Source: the human T2T-CHM13v2.0 reference genome, Homo sapiens
Assembly: GCF_009914755.1 (NCBI RefSeq)
Contig: NC_060929.1
Strand: one strand, 5' to 3'
Length of the DNA stretch: 64,000 nt
In this document: piece by piece, positions 14,744 to 27,878 of the stretch
How positions within the stretch are numbered: the stretch's first letter is position 1
Layout: each line of letters starts with the position of its first letter
Notes under the pieces: generated by a model
Database searches by the model: none
Seen by the model: only the letters and a program-made list of their open reading frames with translations
Told to the model about the DNA's origin: nothing
Position numbers and translations under genes: made by a program

Positions 14744-15689
14744 ACATTTAAAAAATCTATTCATCTATTGGTGGACACTTTGGTTGTTTCCATATCTTGA
14801 TAATTGTGAATAATGTGGCAGTGAACATAGGGAGTACAGATATTTCTTCAACATACTGATTTCAATTCCTTTGGATATATACCCAGAAATGGAATTGCTG
14901 GATCATATGGTAATTCTATTTTTAGTTTTTTGAGGAACTAGCATACTGTTTTACAAAGTGACTGTACTGATTTATAATACCACCAACAGTGGACAAGGGT
15001 TCCCTTTTCTCCACATCTTTACTTGTTATCTTTCATCTTTTTTAATAAAAACTAATCTGAAAGGAGTGAGGTGACCTATTGTGGTTTTAATTTGCGTTTC
15101 TCTGATTAGAGATGTTGAGCATTGTTTCATTTATCTATTGGCCATTTGTATATCTTTTGGGAATCGTCTATCAGACCTTTTGCCCATTTTTAAATAGGGT
15201 TATTTGTTTTCTTGTTATTGAGTAGTTTGAGTTCCCTGTATATTTGGTATATTAGCCCCTTATCCAGTGTTTGATTTGCAGATATTTTCTCCTAGTCCCT
15301 GGGTTGTCTGTTTACTCTGTTCATTGTTTCCTTTGCTGTGCAGATTTTTAGTTTGATGCAATCCCATTCGTCTGTTCTTGCTTTTGTTGTCTATAGTTTG
15401 GTTCCTGAGCATCCCAAGGCTTTTTCTCAAGTCTTTGCACTTGTTAGTCTTTGTACTTCGTGGTCTCTCTACGTAGAATATTCTTCTGTTTCTCTTTAAT
15501 CTTTACAGGGTTAACTGCTTGTACTTGAGGTCTCAACTTAAAACGTTGTGTTAATATCTTCGGAGAGGTTTTATTTGACCTCCTAATCTAAATTATGTTC
15601 CTTGTATCACTCATTGATAGCATATAGGGTTTAATCATGATTGTTACCTATGTTTATTTAATATGCATGGGGCTCTTACATTATCTGTA

Positions 15690-15977
15690 CAAGGGGTCTT
15701 CAGAAAGTTCATGGAAAATGCATATTATGAAAAAACTTTGCATAGATTTCAAAAAATTTTGGCACCAAAATAAACTCATACTAACTTGTTAGAGCATGTC
15801 TCAATAGGATGTAGTTTGAGGCATTAACAGGGATAAGATATCAGTTTGAAAAGAGCTTCTATCAGAACAACATGAATTCTGCTAACAATTAAAGCGAGAA
15901 CAAACACCATATTTATGGTGAAGCTTGGGTGGAAGAGTGGTGACATCATTAATGCTTTATGAAAAGTTTCATGAGAC
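15690..15977 (+). mobile_element. HSMAR2 mariner 5' end (TIR and start of the transposase), truncated
   Basis: TA|caaggggtcttcagaaagttcatggaaaatg terminus, ATG aat tct gct at 15872, and the 'FMVKLGWK' segment. Confidence 0.85.
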
Positions 15978-16091
15978 CTCGGAATAAACACCACACATCT
16001 ACAACTATCTGATTTTCGACAAACCCGATACAAACAAGCAATGGGGAAAGGATTCTCTATGTGATAAATTTTGCTGGGAAAACTAGCTAGC
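15975..16091 (+). mobile_element. Internal L1PA ORF2 fragment with no tail or TSD
   Basis: 'cacacatctacaactatctgattttcgacaaacc...aagcaatggggaaaggattc...tgctgggaaaactagctagc' matches L1 ORF2 ([18 protein letters not shown]). Confidence 0.85.
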
Positions 16092-16458
16092 TGGAGACTA
16101 AAAGTCCAAGATCAAGGAATCCTTCTGAGGCCTATCAGGGAGAATCTGTTCTGGTCCTCTCTCCTACCTGCTGGTGGTGTGCTGGCACCCTTTGGCGTTC
16201 CTTGGCTTGTAGATGTAGCTCCTTGATCTCTGCCTTCATGGTTACATGGTATGCTTGCTGTATGTATGTCCCTTCACACAGTGTTTTTTAATAAGGACAT
16301 GGTCATATTGGATTAGGGGTCTACCCTTACTGCAGAATGACCTCATCTTAATAATTCCATCTACAATAACCTTATTTCCAAATAAGATAACATTTTGAGG
16401 TAGAGGGATAAGGACTTCAGCATATCTTTTTAGGGGTACACAATTCAACCCAAAACAA
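16092..16458 (-). mobile_element. MLT1 (MaLR) LTR lacking one end
   Basis: 'aagtccaagatcaagg'...'acaattcaacccaaaaca'; the usual tgtattagt...aacagaaatttatt end is absent. Confidence 0.8.
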
Positions 16459-17039
16459 ATAGGCCCATTATTTCCAGATTTTCTTCCTTTTGGCACACAT
16501 AGACTGATTATACCCATCTCTTTACTAGAAACAAGTGTTTTGATTATTATTTAAATGTTTTGCTCATTTATTCAACGTCTGATGTGAGGTTGTAAATAAC
16601 CATTGAATTTTGTAAAATTGCCAATCTTGTGCAATTTTGTGTTTGTAGTACAGTTCTCTGAAAAGTTATTCTCTTATCTTTGACAAATATCCTGGACAGT
16701 ATCTGTCCAGGTGAAGGTATGTATGCAAAGTGTTACATTAATTTTAGAGATGAAAAAGAAACATTTATATATATATTTAAAAATAAAGGAAAATGCCTAG
16801 GAAGAAAGAAGCAGAGGTCTGAATCTGAGATTCGAAGAAAGAAAAGTAGCCAAGGTGGAATGGGAGAAGAGCTGAGGTCTAAGAGGTAAGGTGTGTTACT
16901 CTGGGAACATGTCTTTGTATAGGACAAGCAGAGGACTTAAAGCTCTGAGGGATCAAGGGAGTAGAAAGAAAATGTCAGTCTAGTGAACTAATCTCTAACT
17001 GTGCTTTATTTTTTATCTGTATTTTTTTCAGCTATCTTT

Positions 17040-17330
17040 AGAGATAGTTATTCTGTTTTAGAGATAAGAATAACTAAGTCTCAGTTTTTCCAAGGTCATC
17101 CAGCCAAGCACATAGGGGACCTTTTGAAAGCATAGTTTTGGAGTTAATGATACTTCAGCTTGAGTTCTGATTCCCTTTTGTCACTTTGGAGAAGTTATGA
17201 ATTTGTATATACCTCAGTTTCTTCACCTGTAAAATGGGAATTAACTACCTACCTCATTGTGGTGTTGTGAGGACCAAATGAGACAGTATATGTAAAAGGA
17301 TTAGTGTGGTTCCTCATAGCAATTTTTTGG
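17040..17330. mobile_element. MIR fragments
   Basis: 'cctcagtttcttcacctgtaaaatggga' core motif. Confidence 0.7.
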
Positions 17331-18229
17331 TCAAGAAGGTAGCCATGGTCTTTAGAATACCAAAAAATTGGAAGCAGTGTAATTATTAGTAGGGAAAGGG
17401 AAAATAAATTGTCTGGTTATATATTGGAATATTATACAGCAGTTAAAATGAATGACTTAAGTCTATGTGTATCAACATGGATAAATCTCAGAAAAGCAAT
17501 GTTATAAAAGAACACATAAATGATATCACTAATTTAAATTTTGTCACACACAATATCCTGTTTAGGGGTTCAAACAGAAGTGGTGTTTTCTTGTCACATA
17601 GGCAGTCAAGACAATAATAACTTCTGGGAAATGAGAAAAGGGTTAGAGATACAGGTAGGCTGGTGTTTTACATGTATTTGCAATATTTAATTTTTAAAAA
17701 ATTATACAGAAAATACACACACATGAATTTTTTATAATGTACTGCTATTTGACCTTCACTACCATCATAATCAGGTGAAAATGAGACCCATGCACATCTG
17801 TCTAGAAAGCCCATGTTGAACTTGAGAGCATCTGTTTTCCAGCACATCTTGCATTAGAAAGACAGAAGACAGCCATCAGATGACCAAGGCTTCCAGGGAT
17901 GGCAGGGGGAAGGCTGGGTGCTTGCACTGTCAGTTTCTAGGATCTGCCCAGGTCATTTCTTTTCCTGAATCTGGTACTTGCCTGTGTTTTCTTTTGCCTG
18001 TAGCTACCGTCAGGAATGTAGGGAGACTTTAGGAGGATTACTGGTGAGTAGGTAGAGTCTTTTATGGGGGCCTACTCTCAAAATAATATAACCATGAACA
18101 ATTGAGGAATGTTTTTTTGTGGTCCCTTTTATTTATGCTCTAAACTTGACTAGTTCTGGGAATTGAGGAATCTCAACCTCACGTTCTGATTGACTAAGTA
18201 AATGCTAATGTGTTCGTTAACACAAAAGG

Positions 18230-18670
18230 CAATGCATTGGTTAGGGAAGCTAGCTGTTAACACAAAGACCCCAAAAAGTCTAATGGCTCTAATGTTGTGA
18301 AAGTTAATTTCTTCTTTTTTTTTCTTTGCATAAACAATCCATGGCCTTTCCACATTGGGGGGTGGGGTGAGACTCTCATCACATAGGCAGTTAGGAACCC
18401 CAGAGGCTCTTCAGTTTTAAACGTGTAGCTTCCAACGTCATCTTGAGAACTGATATTCAGCAGTGGAAGGAGAAAGAACAGGGAGGATATACATTTATGG
18501 CTTTTATGTGAGGCAGGCCTTGCATTGGCACATACCCTTCTGCCTAAATCTGATTATAAGCAGAATGCATTCCGATGGTCACAGCTTACTGCGGGGGCTA
18601 GCAAATGTCTGCTTGTTTTTCAAGGAATAGGAAGAAATGTTTAGTGAATACCTAGCAGTCTGTTGCCAGA
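18230..18670 (-). mobile_element. Old MLT1 (J/K-like) LTR
   Basis: Degenerate MLT1 motifs ('agctgttaaca...ctaatggct...aagttaatttc'). Confidence 0.5.
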
Positions 18671-20765
18671 GATGGTTTTTGTTGTTTCAATTCCATTGTA
18701 CGTTCTTCTTAGCATTTAAAAAATTATTTGAACTTTTGAACAGGCAATATCTTCACATACTTTAAAAGTTTGAAAATCTGAAAAGTTACACAGTAAAATG
18801 TTTGCTTATCATTCCTGCCCCACATCTACTCAGATCCCACTAGGTAATCATGGTTATTACTTTATCATGTATACTTCCAGAAACCTTTTGTTTAAAAAAG
18901 CAAATATGAATTATATATATATATATATGAAATCTCTTCCTCCCTTATTACATAGATGGAGCCATAATATACCCAGTACTTTGTACTTGGCTGTTTTCCC
19001 TTAGTAGTATAAGATAGTTATTTTAAATTTTGTATTATTCAGTCTCAGTGACAAGGTGGCGTTCCCAGCGTCAGGGAATTTCTAATCTAATCTGGTCAAG
19101 GTATAATCTACTAGTAAGGAGGAAGAGATACAAGTAGTGGAAGCTTTTGTACTAAAATCAAATACTTACCTGTTACTCACTCTATAACTCAATACCACAT
19201 TTAGAGCAAATGAGTAATACCTTTATAAGTCAAATTAGATTTTTAGAAAACTGCTTTAGGAAATTAGGCATGCTAAGATAATTCTTGGCATTTAAATCAC
19301 ATAATTAAGGGAATAGAAAATGGTTTGTGTTAGGAAATAGATCTTTGACTACATTTTTGCATGACTTTCTGATGTACTAAGTACATTTTAGTGGTCAATG
19401 TTCTCTACATTAAATGGCTTTTGTTTTGGTAAACCCATATGTTTGGAGTATTAATGGTTGTATTTCTAATTTGTTACCCTGGCCCAAATGATGAAGTAAT
19501 AGAATGTTGCATATTTCCTTCCACTTAACATTTAATTTGTGTTAATGAAACCAAATGTCACTTTTAACTCTGGAACTTCTAAAATGAACTACACCGGGAA
19601 GCCCTCTGTATTCTTTGTGGTTTCCCATGTTCCATGAGCCAGCAACCGGGTGTTCACTTGCAGTGACTCTGGTTTACTCAGCCCCTGGGGATGCATTACT
19701 GCTCGGAAATGGGAAGGGAGAGTAGCAGGTGGTGCGTAATTGAGAGCTGTGTTTGATTGGGACTGACCTGGTGCCCCTTTCCTCTGCCGGGTTGAATGAG
19801 AGTTTAAAGGAGGAACTGCTGCTGCTAAGAACAAAATGAACCCGAGTGCCTCTTACTGTTTGTCCCGACTGTCAGTGCATAGGGATTAACTAACATCCAG
19901 GAACTTTTAGCTGGCCTCTGCTTTGTTCTTCAACATTCGGACCTTCAGTGAGCTCTAGACCTGCACAAACGACCTGCAGCAAATGGCAGCTTTCATTTGG
20001 GCTGAGGAAGAGGAATATTGGAGAGAATGAGGAGAAGGAAATAAATATCTTTCCTTTTTGGCCCTTCCTGCTTTATCTTTCTCCATCTTTATGCCTTTAT
20101 TAATGAGGATTTTCCAAATATCGGTCTTCAAAAATGCCATAAGAAGACTTCATTTTCTGTGGTTTTAATGTCATAAAATATCTCCTTATGTGAAATAACT
20201 AGATATGCTGGATCAAGCATAACAAACATCCCTTTAGGACATTGCTGAATCTGTATTTAAAACATAAGGGAAAAACTGAGGGAACAGATGGAAAAAGGAA
20301 CTGGAAATGGAAGTGAATTGACTGCTGCAGCTGCCCTCTGGGCTCCTGCAGATCTTGGTAATCAAAAGGATTGGGGTTCAACTGCCTTGTGGGAGACAGG
20401 AGACAGGGTCTTGGGTCCATTTAAGTTAGAGATACCATAGTAACGTGAGACACTCAAAGGACTGTGGTCTCAGTAGAGAGGTGACAAATACGTCTTGACC
20501 TGTTCTTGCCTGAGGAAAACGTTTCTAAGAATTCTTAACCACAGGCCCTCCCTCATAGATTTTCAGTTTCAATTTATACTCTGTGTGGTCTGGCAATTTC
20601 CAAGCTGTGAAACTTATTTAAAACAGTCTGATGGTACTCACATAAATCACCAAGTTAAAAAAATACAAAATAGAATAAAAAATATGAGCATGGAAAATAA
20701 ATACTATCAAAAGGGCTCAGATTGATTTAAAAAGGAAACACAGACAATTCTTTAAGACTGAATGG

Positions 20766-20831
20766 ACTAAAGAACTCATTCATGTAACCAAAAACCATTT
20801 CTGCCACAAAAACTATTGAAATTAAAAAAAG
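20766..20831 (+). mobile_element. Very short L1PB-like 3' terminus
   Basis: 'actaaagaactcattcatgtaaccaaaaacca...aaaaactattgaaattaaaa'. Confidence 0.6.
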
Positions 20832-20999
20832 AATGACTTAAATAAGAATGGATCTTATACTCCAAAAAGAAAGAAAGAAAAGAAAACAACAACAACAAAG
20901 CAGGATATGGGTTAAACAAGAATAGAGGAAATAACTGAAATGCAAGATAATACCTGAAGAAATTACCTAGAATGCAGCACAGGGTGGCAATGTCAGGCC

Positions 21000-21455
21000 T
21001 TCAGTGTTTCTTCTCTGGATTTTTGAAACAGCTTTCTAACTGGTATTCCTGACACTGCTCTTATGTGCATCCAGACTATTAGCCTTGGATCCCAGCTCCT
21101 GTGATCACATTTTCAAACCTTCACCCTCCATTTTCCACTAATCTTTTATAGTCAATAGCTAATCTTTTACTCAATAGCTACCCCCAGGAAATCCTCCCTG
21201 ATCCTAAAACTGCATTTGTTCGTTAGGTGCTCCTGGCCTGTGTTCCCATTGTACCTAGATCATAACCCAGTTATAATCTTATTACATTGTTATCATTAAT
21301 GCTTTTTAAAAAGTTTTACTATTCATCACTAGAGTGTAAATTGTTTGTAGACTAGCAAAGCTCTGTTAACAATTATAGCCCTAATGTCTACCACTTTGTA
21401 CAATTAGTACTTTGTAAGCACTCAGTAATTGTTCATTGAATGTAAGAATGAATGG
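21000..21455. mobile_element. L2 fragment
   Basis: L2 3' end 'cactcagtaattgttcattgaatgtaagaatgaat'. Confidence 0.55.
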
Positions 21456-21707
21456 TGTATGTGAAAGGTGAAGCTATATAGGTCTAATGATGCTTAGATC
21501 CTAGGAAAGGGCCTATGGTTCATGTTTCTGACAGGAGATTATTTAGGTAGTTCATTTAGCCATTTCACATGACCAATGTGTTAATGTCTGAATTTAATCT
21601 ACTCGTTCTGTGTTGTCTTAAAAGTCAAACTTTTCAGTAAAACGAAACCAAACAAAAAATACACCCCTAGCAGTTTGTATTTCAGCTCCCCACCCCCACC
21701 AGACAAC

Positions 21708-21972
21708 TTTTTTTAAACATTTTATGTTGGTAGGTACATAGTAGGTCTATATATTAAGGGTATATGAGATATTTGTTGCAGGCATACAATGTATAATAAT
21801 CATATCAGGGTAAATGGGGTATCCATCACCCCAAGCATTTATCATTTCTTTGTGTTACAGATATTCCCATTATACTCTTCTAGTTATTTTTAAATGTACA
21901 ATAAATTGTTGGCTGTAGTCACCCTGTTGCACTCTCAAATACTAGATCTTATTCAATATATCTAACTATACA
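21708..21972 (-). mobile_element. L1MA 3' end (antisense)
   Basis: 'aatggggtatccatcacc.caagcatttatc' motif. Confidence 0.8.
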
Positions 21973-22969
21973 AAATTATCTTAAGTTTGAATTATAGAGG
22001 CATTTTCACAGTAGCAACCAGTAGGTACTGACTCCATCACTGACAATAGCTATAGGTCACACTCTGTGTTTCTGAGTGACAGCCACACATGGTAGATACT
22101 CATGTCACCACCTAGTTTATCTTCAAATGTGAAGGACTCCAGTGACACTCACATTTAGTCCTTTCATCTTTGGTAGTAAAGATGAATCTTTGTCATCCCC
22201 AGGACCTCTTCTTTTTGTTTGTTTGGTATATGGAATGAAATGACTCAGGTGCCTTCTTTCAGTTAATTTAAGTTGTATAGTAAGATCAACCGTAGAATAC
22301 TATCAGTCATCTTGGAATAATATCTTTATCATCATCCAATTGATGATGCTTCTTCCAGTTTTGTTTCCTGTTGCTATCACTCCATCTGTCATTAATTGCA
22401 CTAAGATAATAATTCTCTATTGTGTGGCCTGACATACTGTTTTATTACAATTATTTGGAAGGTCTTGTTACTACTGCACATTAAAAAACAATTCTAAGGT
22501 ATGTGAATTGTTTAATATTTAAAAATGTAGTCATTCTTGCTTATTTCCATTCTGATCTTCGTACAGGAGTTGAAGATGGAATTATACCTAACCGCAGTGA
22601 TGAGAAATTTGTGGTGAACAGTGTCACATACCCTTTCACTCTCTCCCTGCCCATTTAGACCTCCATAATTATTAATAGTTACATTGTGCTTTCTCAATGC
22701 AACCTACTGTCCAGTCTCAGCACAGCGAGTACTTCAGATCATTACTACTTGTCAGGTTTAGCACTCAAGATCCCAGGACTAGCTTTTCTTGTATAATTCC
22801 CACTTGTTGTTCACTTTGCACAAAATACCTGTTTACATATCTATGCCCTAAGGTTTGTCCATACATAGTTATTTCTGAGCTCATATTTTGGATGCTATTT
22901 ATCCCTCTTCCATGCTGTTCTTTGTAGTGTCTACTACACAAAATTTGTAACGATGTGGTAACAGTAAAC

Positions 22970-23180
22970 ATTTATGAGTGGTTGTCATGATGTAGCAGGT
23001 ACTGTGTTAAGTACCTGACATTTATTATTTCATTGAATTCTTGTACTAACACCAAGAGTTAGGGCTCATTGCTCTTCTCATTTTATAGGTGGAGAAACTA
23101 GGACAAGGCTAAATAATTGGTAAATGGCAGAGCCTGGGTTTGAATCAAGGCCACCTGACTTCTGAGCCCAAGTTGGTAAC
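22970..23180. mobile_element. MIR
   Basis: 'cattttataggtggagaaact...ggcagagcctgggtttgaa'. Confidence 0.7.
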
Positions 23181-23734
23181 CTCTGAGGTAGTCCTTAAAG
23201 AAGGTTGGGTTAAAACCAAACTGATTGATAGTGAACATACTGCTTTTGCCTGTGTTGGCACTAGACTAAAATAAAAACCTTTTCCTTTATGTTTTCCCAG
23301 ATTCCAAACCAACTTGGCCTAACCTTTCAAGTCTCTAAGAAATTTATAGTTTTATATCTATTAAAAAAATCTTCTGGTAGACTTCATAAATATGACTTAG
23401 ATTTTTATTAAACTTTTTTGCTCGTATCTTTCTGTATCTCAGAAAACCTTTAATTTTTGAGACAGTAGCTATTTGTGTAGGCTGTCTTATATGTTCACAG
23501 ATGGCATTATTTTATCAGTCCTCAAACCATCTGTAGCATCAACTTAGTCTATTCCAATTGGTGTCATCTTTCATTTATGCAGGAGTGAGTTATTAAAGTA
23601 AAACTTTATATTTGTATAACATTTTGGGTAAATGTTAGAGTAAAACATTGGTTTATTTTATCACAACAATCCTTTGCAAAGAAAATTTATTTTTTCCAGC
23701 TCATCTTGATTTACTTTATATGTAGTCTTCAGAA

Positions 23735-24450
23735 TGAAATTGAATCGAATAACTGTTTATTGAGCACAAATTGTTATCCTGAAATGTAGGGATAAGAAAT
23801 GACCCCTGTGTTCACTGAATTTATAGTCTTGTAGGAAAGACAGTGAAGTAGTAAATTCCCATTGAAGAAGAAATACAATTATGATTACCATTATGAGAAG
23901 GGAAAAGACGGTAGTATGGGAAATGATAGTAAAGGGATTAAGTCTGGTCTAGTGAATCTAGAAAGGCCTTTCAGAGGAAGAGAGGGTAGGAGTTCGCCAG
24001 ACGAAGTGTAGCTGATGGGTGGTAGGGAAGAGGAAAATAACCTTCTAGGCAAAGTAAGCAGCAAATGAGAAAGCCTCCATGTCAGAGAGCTTGGAGTAAC
24101 TAAGTCATTGAAAGATATGCAGTCTGACTGGAACTTAGAGTAGGAGGAAGAGAGTGACACATGATCTCAGGGGAGACCCAAGAGCTAAACAGGCATCAGT
24201 TGTTTTTTAGGACAATTAAAGATTCTGGATTTGAACCTAAGATTAATAGCAAGTCACAGATGAGTTTAAAGCAGAGGTGTGACATGAACAGATTTGGGCT
24301 TTAGGAAAACCACTCAGGCTGCAGTGTGGAGAATGAGTTGGAAAAAGGAATGGAAGTGGGGAGGAAAGTTAGGAGGCTGTTTCAATATAATTTGGACTTA
24401 GACTATAGTAGTGGCTGTAGAGGTGGAGAGTGGTGGATGGATTACAGAGT
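23735..24450 (-). mobile_element. L2 fragment
   Basis: 'tttattgagcac' and 'aagcagaggtgtgacatg..cagattt' L2 motifs. Confidence 0.65.
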
Positions 24451-25236
24451 CCACCCTGCTGAGAATGGAAGAGCCAGCCCGTGTGTGTACAAAGCTCTGT
24501 CTTGCTCTCCTGCATCGTACTAACAAATGGTCCTTCTGCATGCAAGAGTATGAGCCAGAGAAAAATGGAACAAAAATGAGGCCTGAAGTTAGTATAGAAG
24601 CTCTGTATTATGAAAAGGCATGATCTCACAGGTAGTTAAGGATAATAAAGACAAAAGCACTCACTAAATCGAAAGTCCTCAGTCTGATTGTAATCTAGCC
24701 AGGATCCTGATCTAAGATTTGCTTTTCATATCAGTGTGTATGATGTCAACAGAATTTTGAGAGACACCAAGTTTATTCAGTGGCTGATGCCTCCTTTCCC
24801 CCAAAACATCAGTTCATTCTTTCATCCACTTGTTTATTTATTCATTCATTCATTTACAAACACTTTAAATCCTTACTGAGGACTTACTACTCACCAGACA
24901 TGTTTACTTATCTTAGTTTTTAATACTACAGATGGTCATTATACCTAGTGTGGGCCTTTGATGTTTATAGGTACTTCATGGACCACATCTCATTGATGAT
25001 ACATTTAGTCCATCAGATTTCCGTTTTAAGTTGAGTCATCACTTAAGGTGTAGCCGTTGGTAAAATCCCGCAGCACTGATCTCCTATGTATCTGAATGTC
25101 ATATCCTCTGCACTTTCTATTGCTACTCCCCAATCTTTGGTCAGGGTCAATATGTTTAATTTAATTCATTCAAACAGTTGGTCAGTTCAGCCATCACCAC
25201 CACCACTAGGTCGTCTTGTTGGTCATTGTTTAACTA

Positions 25237-25580
25237 TTATATTAGCCAAGGTAATGCAAGCTATCAGCAAACAAATTCTCCGTCTAAGTGGCTTAAATAC
25301 ATTAGAAGTTTATTTCTTGCTAATATAAGTTCAATTGGTAACAGATCCGGGAATGGTGGATTTTCTGCTCCACTGTGGGCTCAGGCTGATGGAGTTACCA
25401 TGAGGCTCACAAGCTTGCCTAGCTGGCAAAGGGGATTAGGAGAATGTGAAAGCTTATTCAGGAAGTTTTTATGGGCCAGGGCTAGAGGTGGCTTACATCA
25501 TTCCCACCCATGCTTCAGAACTGAGGTACATGGCCATACCTAACTACAGGGGAGACTGGGAAATGTAGTCTTTGTGTTTG
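25237..25580 (-). mobile_element. Old MLT1 LTR
   Basis: 'gtggcttaa...agaagtttatttcttgct' and 'ctgggaaatgtagtct' motifs. Confidence 0.6.
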
Positions 25581-25683
25581 CTTGGTGAGCCTGTCTTTGT
25601 CAAACCCAGCTAGTGAATTTCCTTGTATGATACCTGCTCTTTGATTCAGATAATAATAAGAGGCATGGAAGGACCAGATATAT

Positions 25684-26047
25684 TGTTGTAGGACTTTTTC
25701 CTTAGTTCAGTTAAAGACAGCGAGGTTGGGGGAGGGTGGTCCTCATCACACAGCCATGTAAAATTAGGCCTGCAGACAATTCGAAGGAGGAGAAAAATGG
25801 AATTTATTGGGCAAAGAGCAATAAAAAGGGAAACAAAGACTCTCCAACAAGACAGAACGAGAATCTTGCTAGTATGCTTCCCGCCTCACAGACTGTAATC
25901 CCAGGTTCCACCCAGGAGGAGGAGGGGCCAGGCTCCTCCCTGCTGCCAAAGGCGTGAACTTCTGTGTCTCCACCCCAGTGCACCCTCCTCTCAATGCATA
26001 CGCCCATTGGAGTTTTGTCAGGGAGTCCTTCCCACATGACTATCTCA
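25684..26047 (-). mobile_element. ERV1 solo LTR (MER61-like)
   Basis: tg...ca termini, imperfect 4-bp TSD (atat/gtat), and 'ccttagttcag.taaagac' and 'ggggccaggctcctccc' motifs. Confidence 0.7.
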
Positions 26048-26148
26048 GTATGAAGGAGGAGTTTCCTTTGTGCCTAATAAGTGGCTGTGTCACATTCCTG
26101 GGCATTAGAGTGGGAAATGTCTATATTCTGAATTCCTAACATATCTGA

Positions 26149-26328
<180 letters not shown>

Positions 26329-27307
26329 TAAAGCTGACAGTGTTCTTCAGCTTGAGGACACTATATATTAAAAGAAAACTTTTGAGAGCTCTATTATTAT
26401 TTTATTTTGTAAAATCTTACAAATAGCATGCGAGAGTAGCTGAATCCTCAGAAATTTTAATAGTACAAATTAGAGTTATTCCAATTTTTCCATTGTAGAA
26501 AATAAAGTTTTCTCATGTGCCTTAACTACAGCAACATAGAGGCCCTTCTGTTATAATATAGGGTATTCTCCTGTTTCATCCTGAAAGTACAGACTATTAT
26601 CAAAATAGGAAATTTATGTAGACTTGTTATTTTAGAAAAAAAAAACCTTATTTCTTTTGATCTTAGAACAACTTATTGTTTCTTAAACTATGGAAAAATC
26701 TGCTAGTATAACATCTGTGGTGGTAGTTAGTATGCAAACAAGCTTGGATATTGAAGGTGAGTAAAGGATTATTTTGATTTTTATCACTTAAGCTTTACAG
26801 TTTGAGTCATAGCAAAAATGAGTCATTTTCCACGGTTAGGGAAATAATTTAGGTTATCTTCAAAATATGCCTAAAATTAAAAAAATTATTAATATTTTTA
26901 AATGATAAAACACTATAAACTATGGTGTTTTACTTTTTGCAGAAGTCATTCACATACCTTATACTCTTTGTTCCTTATCAAAACTTTATGACATTGAGAA
27001 GTTACTATTTTTATTACCTTCTTACTAATAAGAAATTATATCTAATGCTATATATGTGTGTGTATATATATATGTATATATATAAAATGCTGCAACCACT
27101 TGAATTACCTTGGCTAATATGATGATGCTCAGAGGTTTAGTAACTTGCTAGTAACAGAATCTGTATTTAGACCCAGGATTCTTGACTGTGTTTTCATTGG
27201 CTGTGTCTTTTGGATGCTATCATGTTTGATGTAGTTATCTTGACTGCCATTTTTTTTTTCTGGTTGCCACTTTTCATAAGCAAATTTTATTTTTCCTCCA
27301 AATGTAA

Positions 27308-27878
<571 letters not shown>

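Larger units (their letters stand above)
13660..15395 (-). mobile_element. L1MA-like 3' portion (antisense), interrupted by an MLT2 LTR
   Basis: L1 3'UTR and ORF2-end motifs such as 'tggcttatttcactt' and 'ggaattgctggatcatatggtaattctattttt'. Confidence 0.85.
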
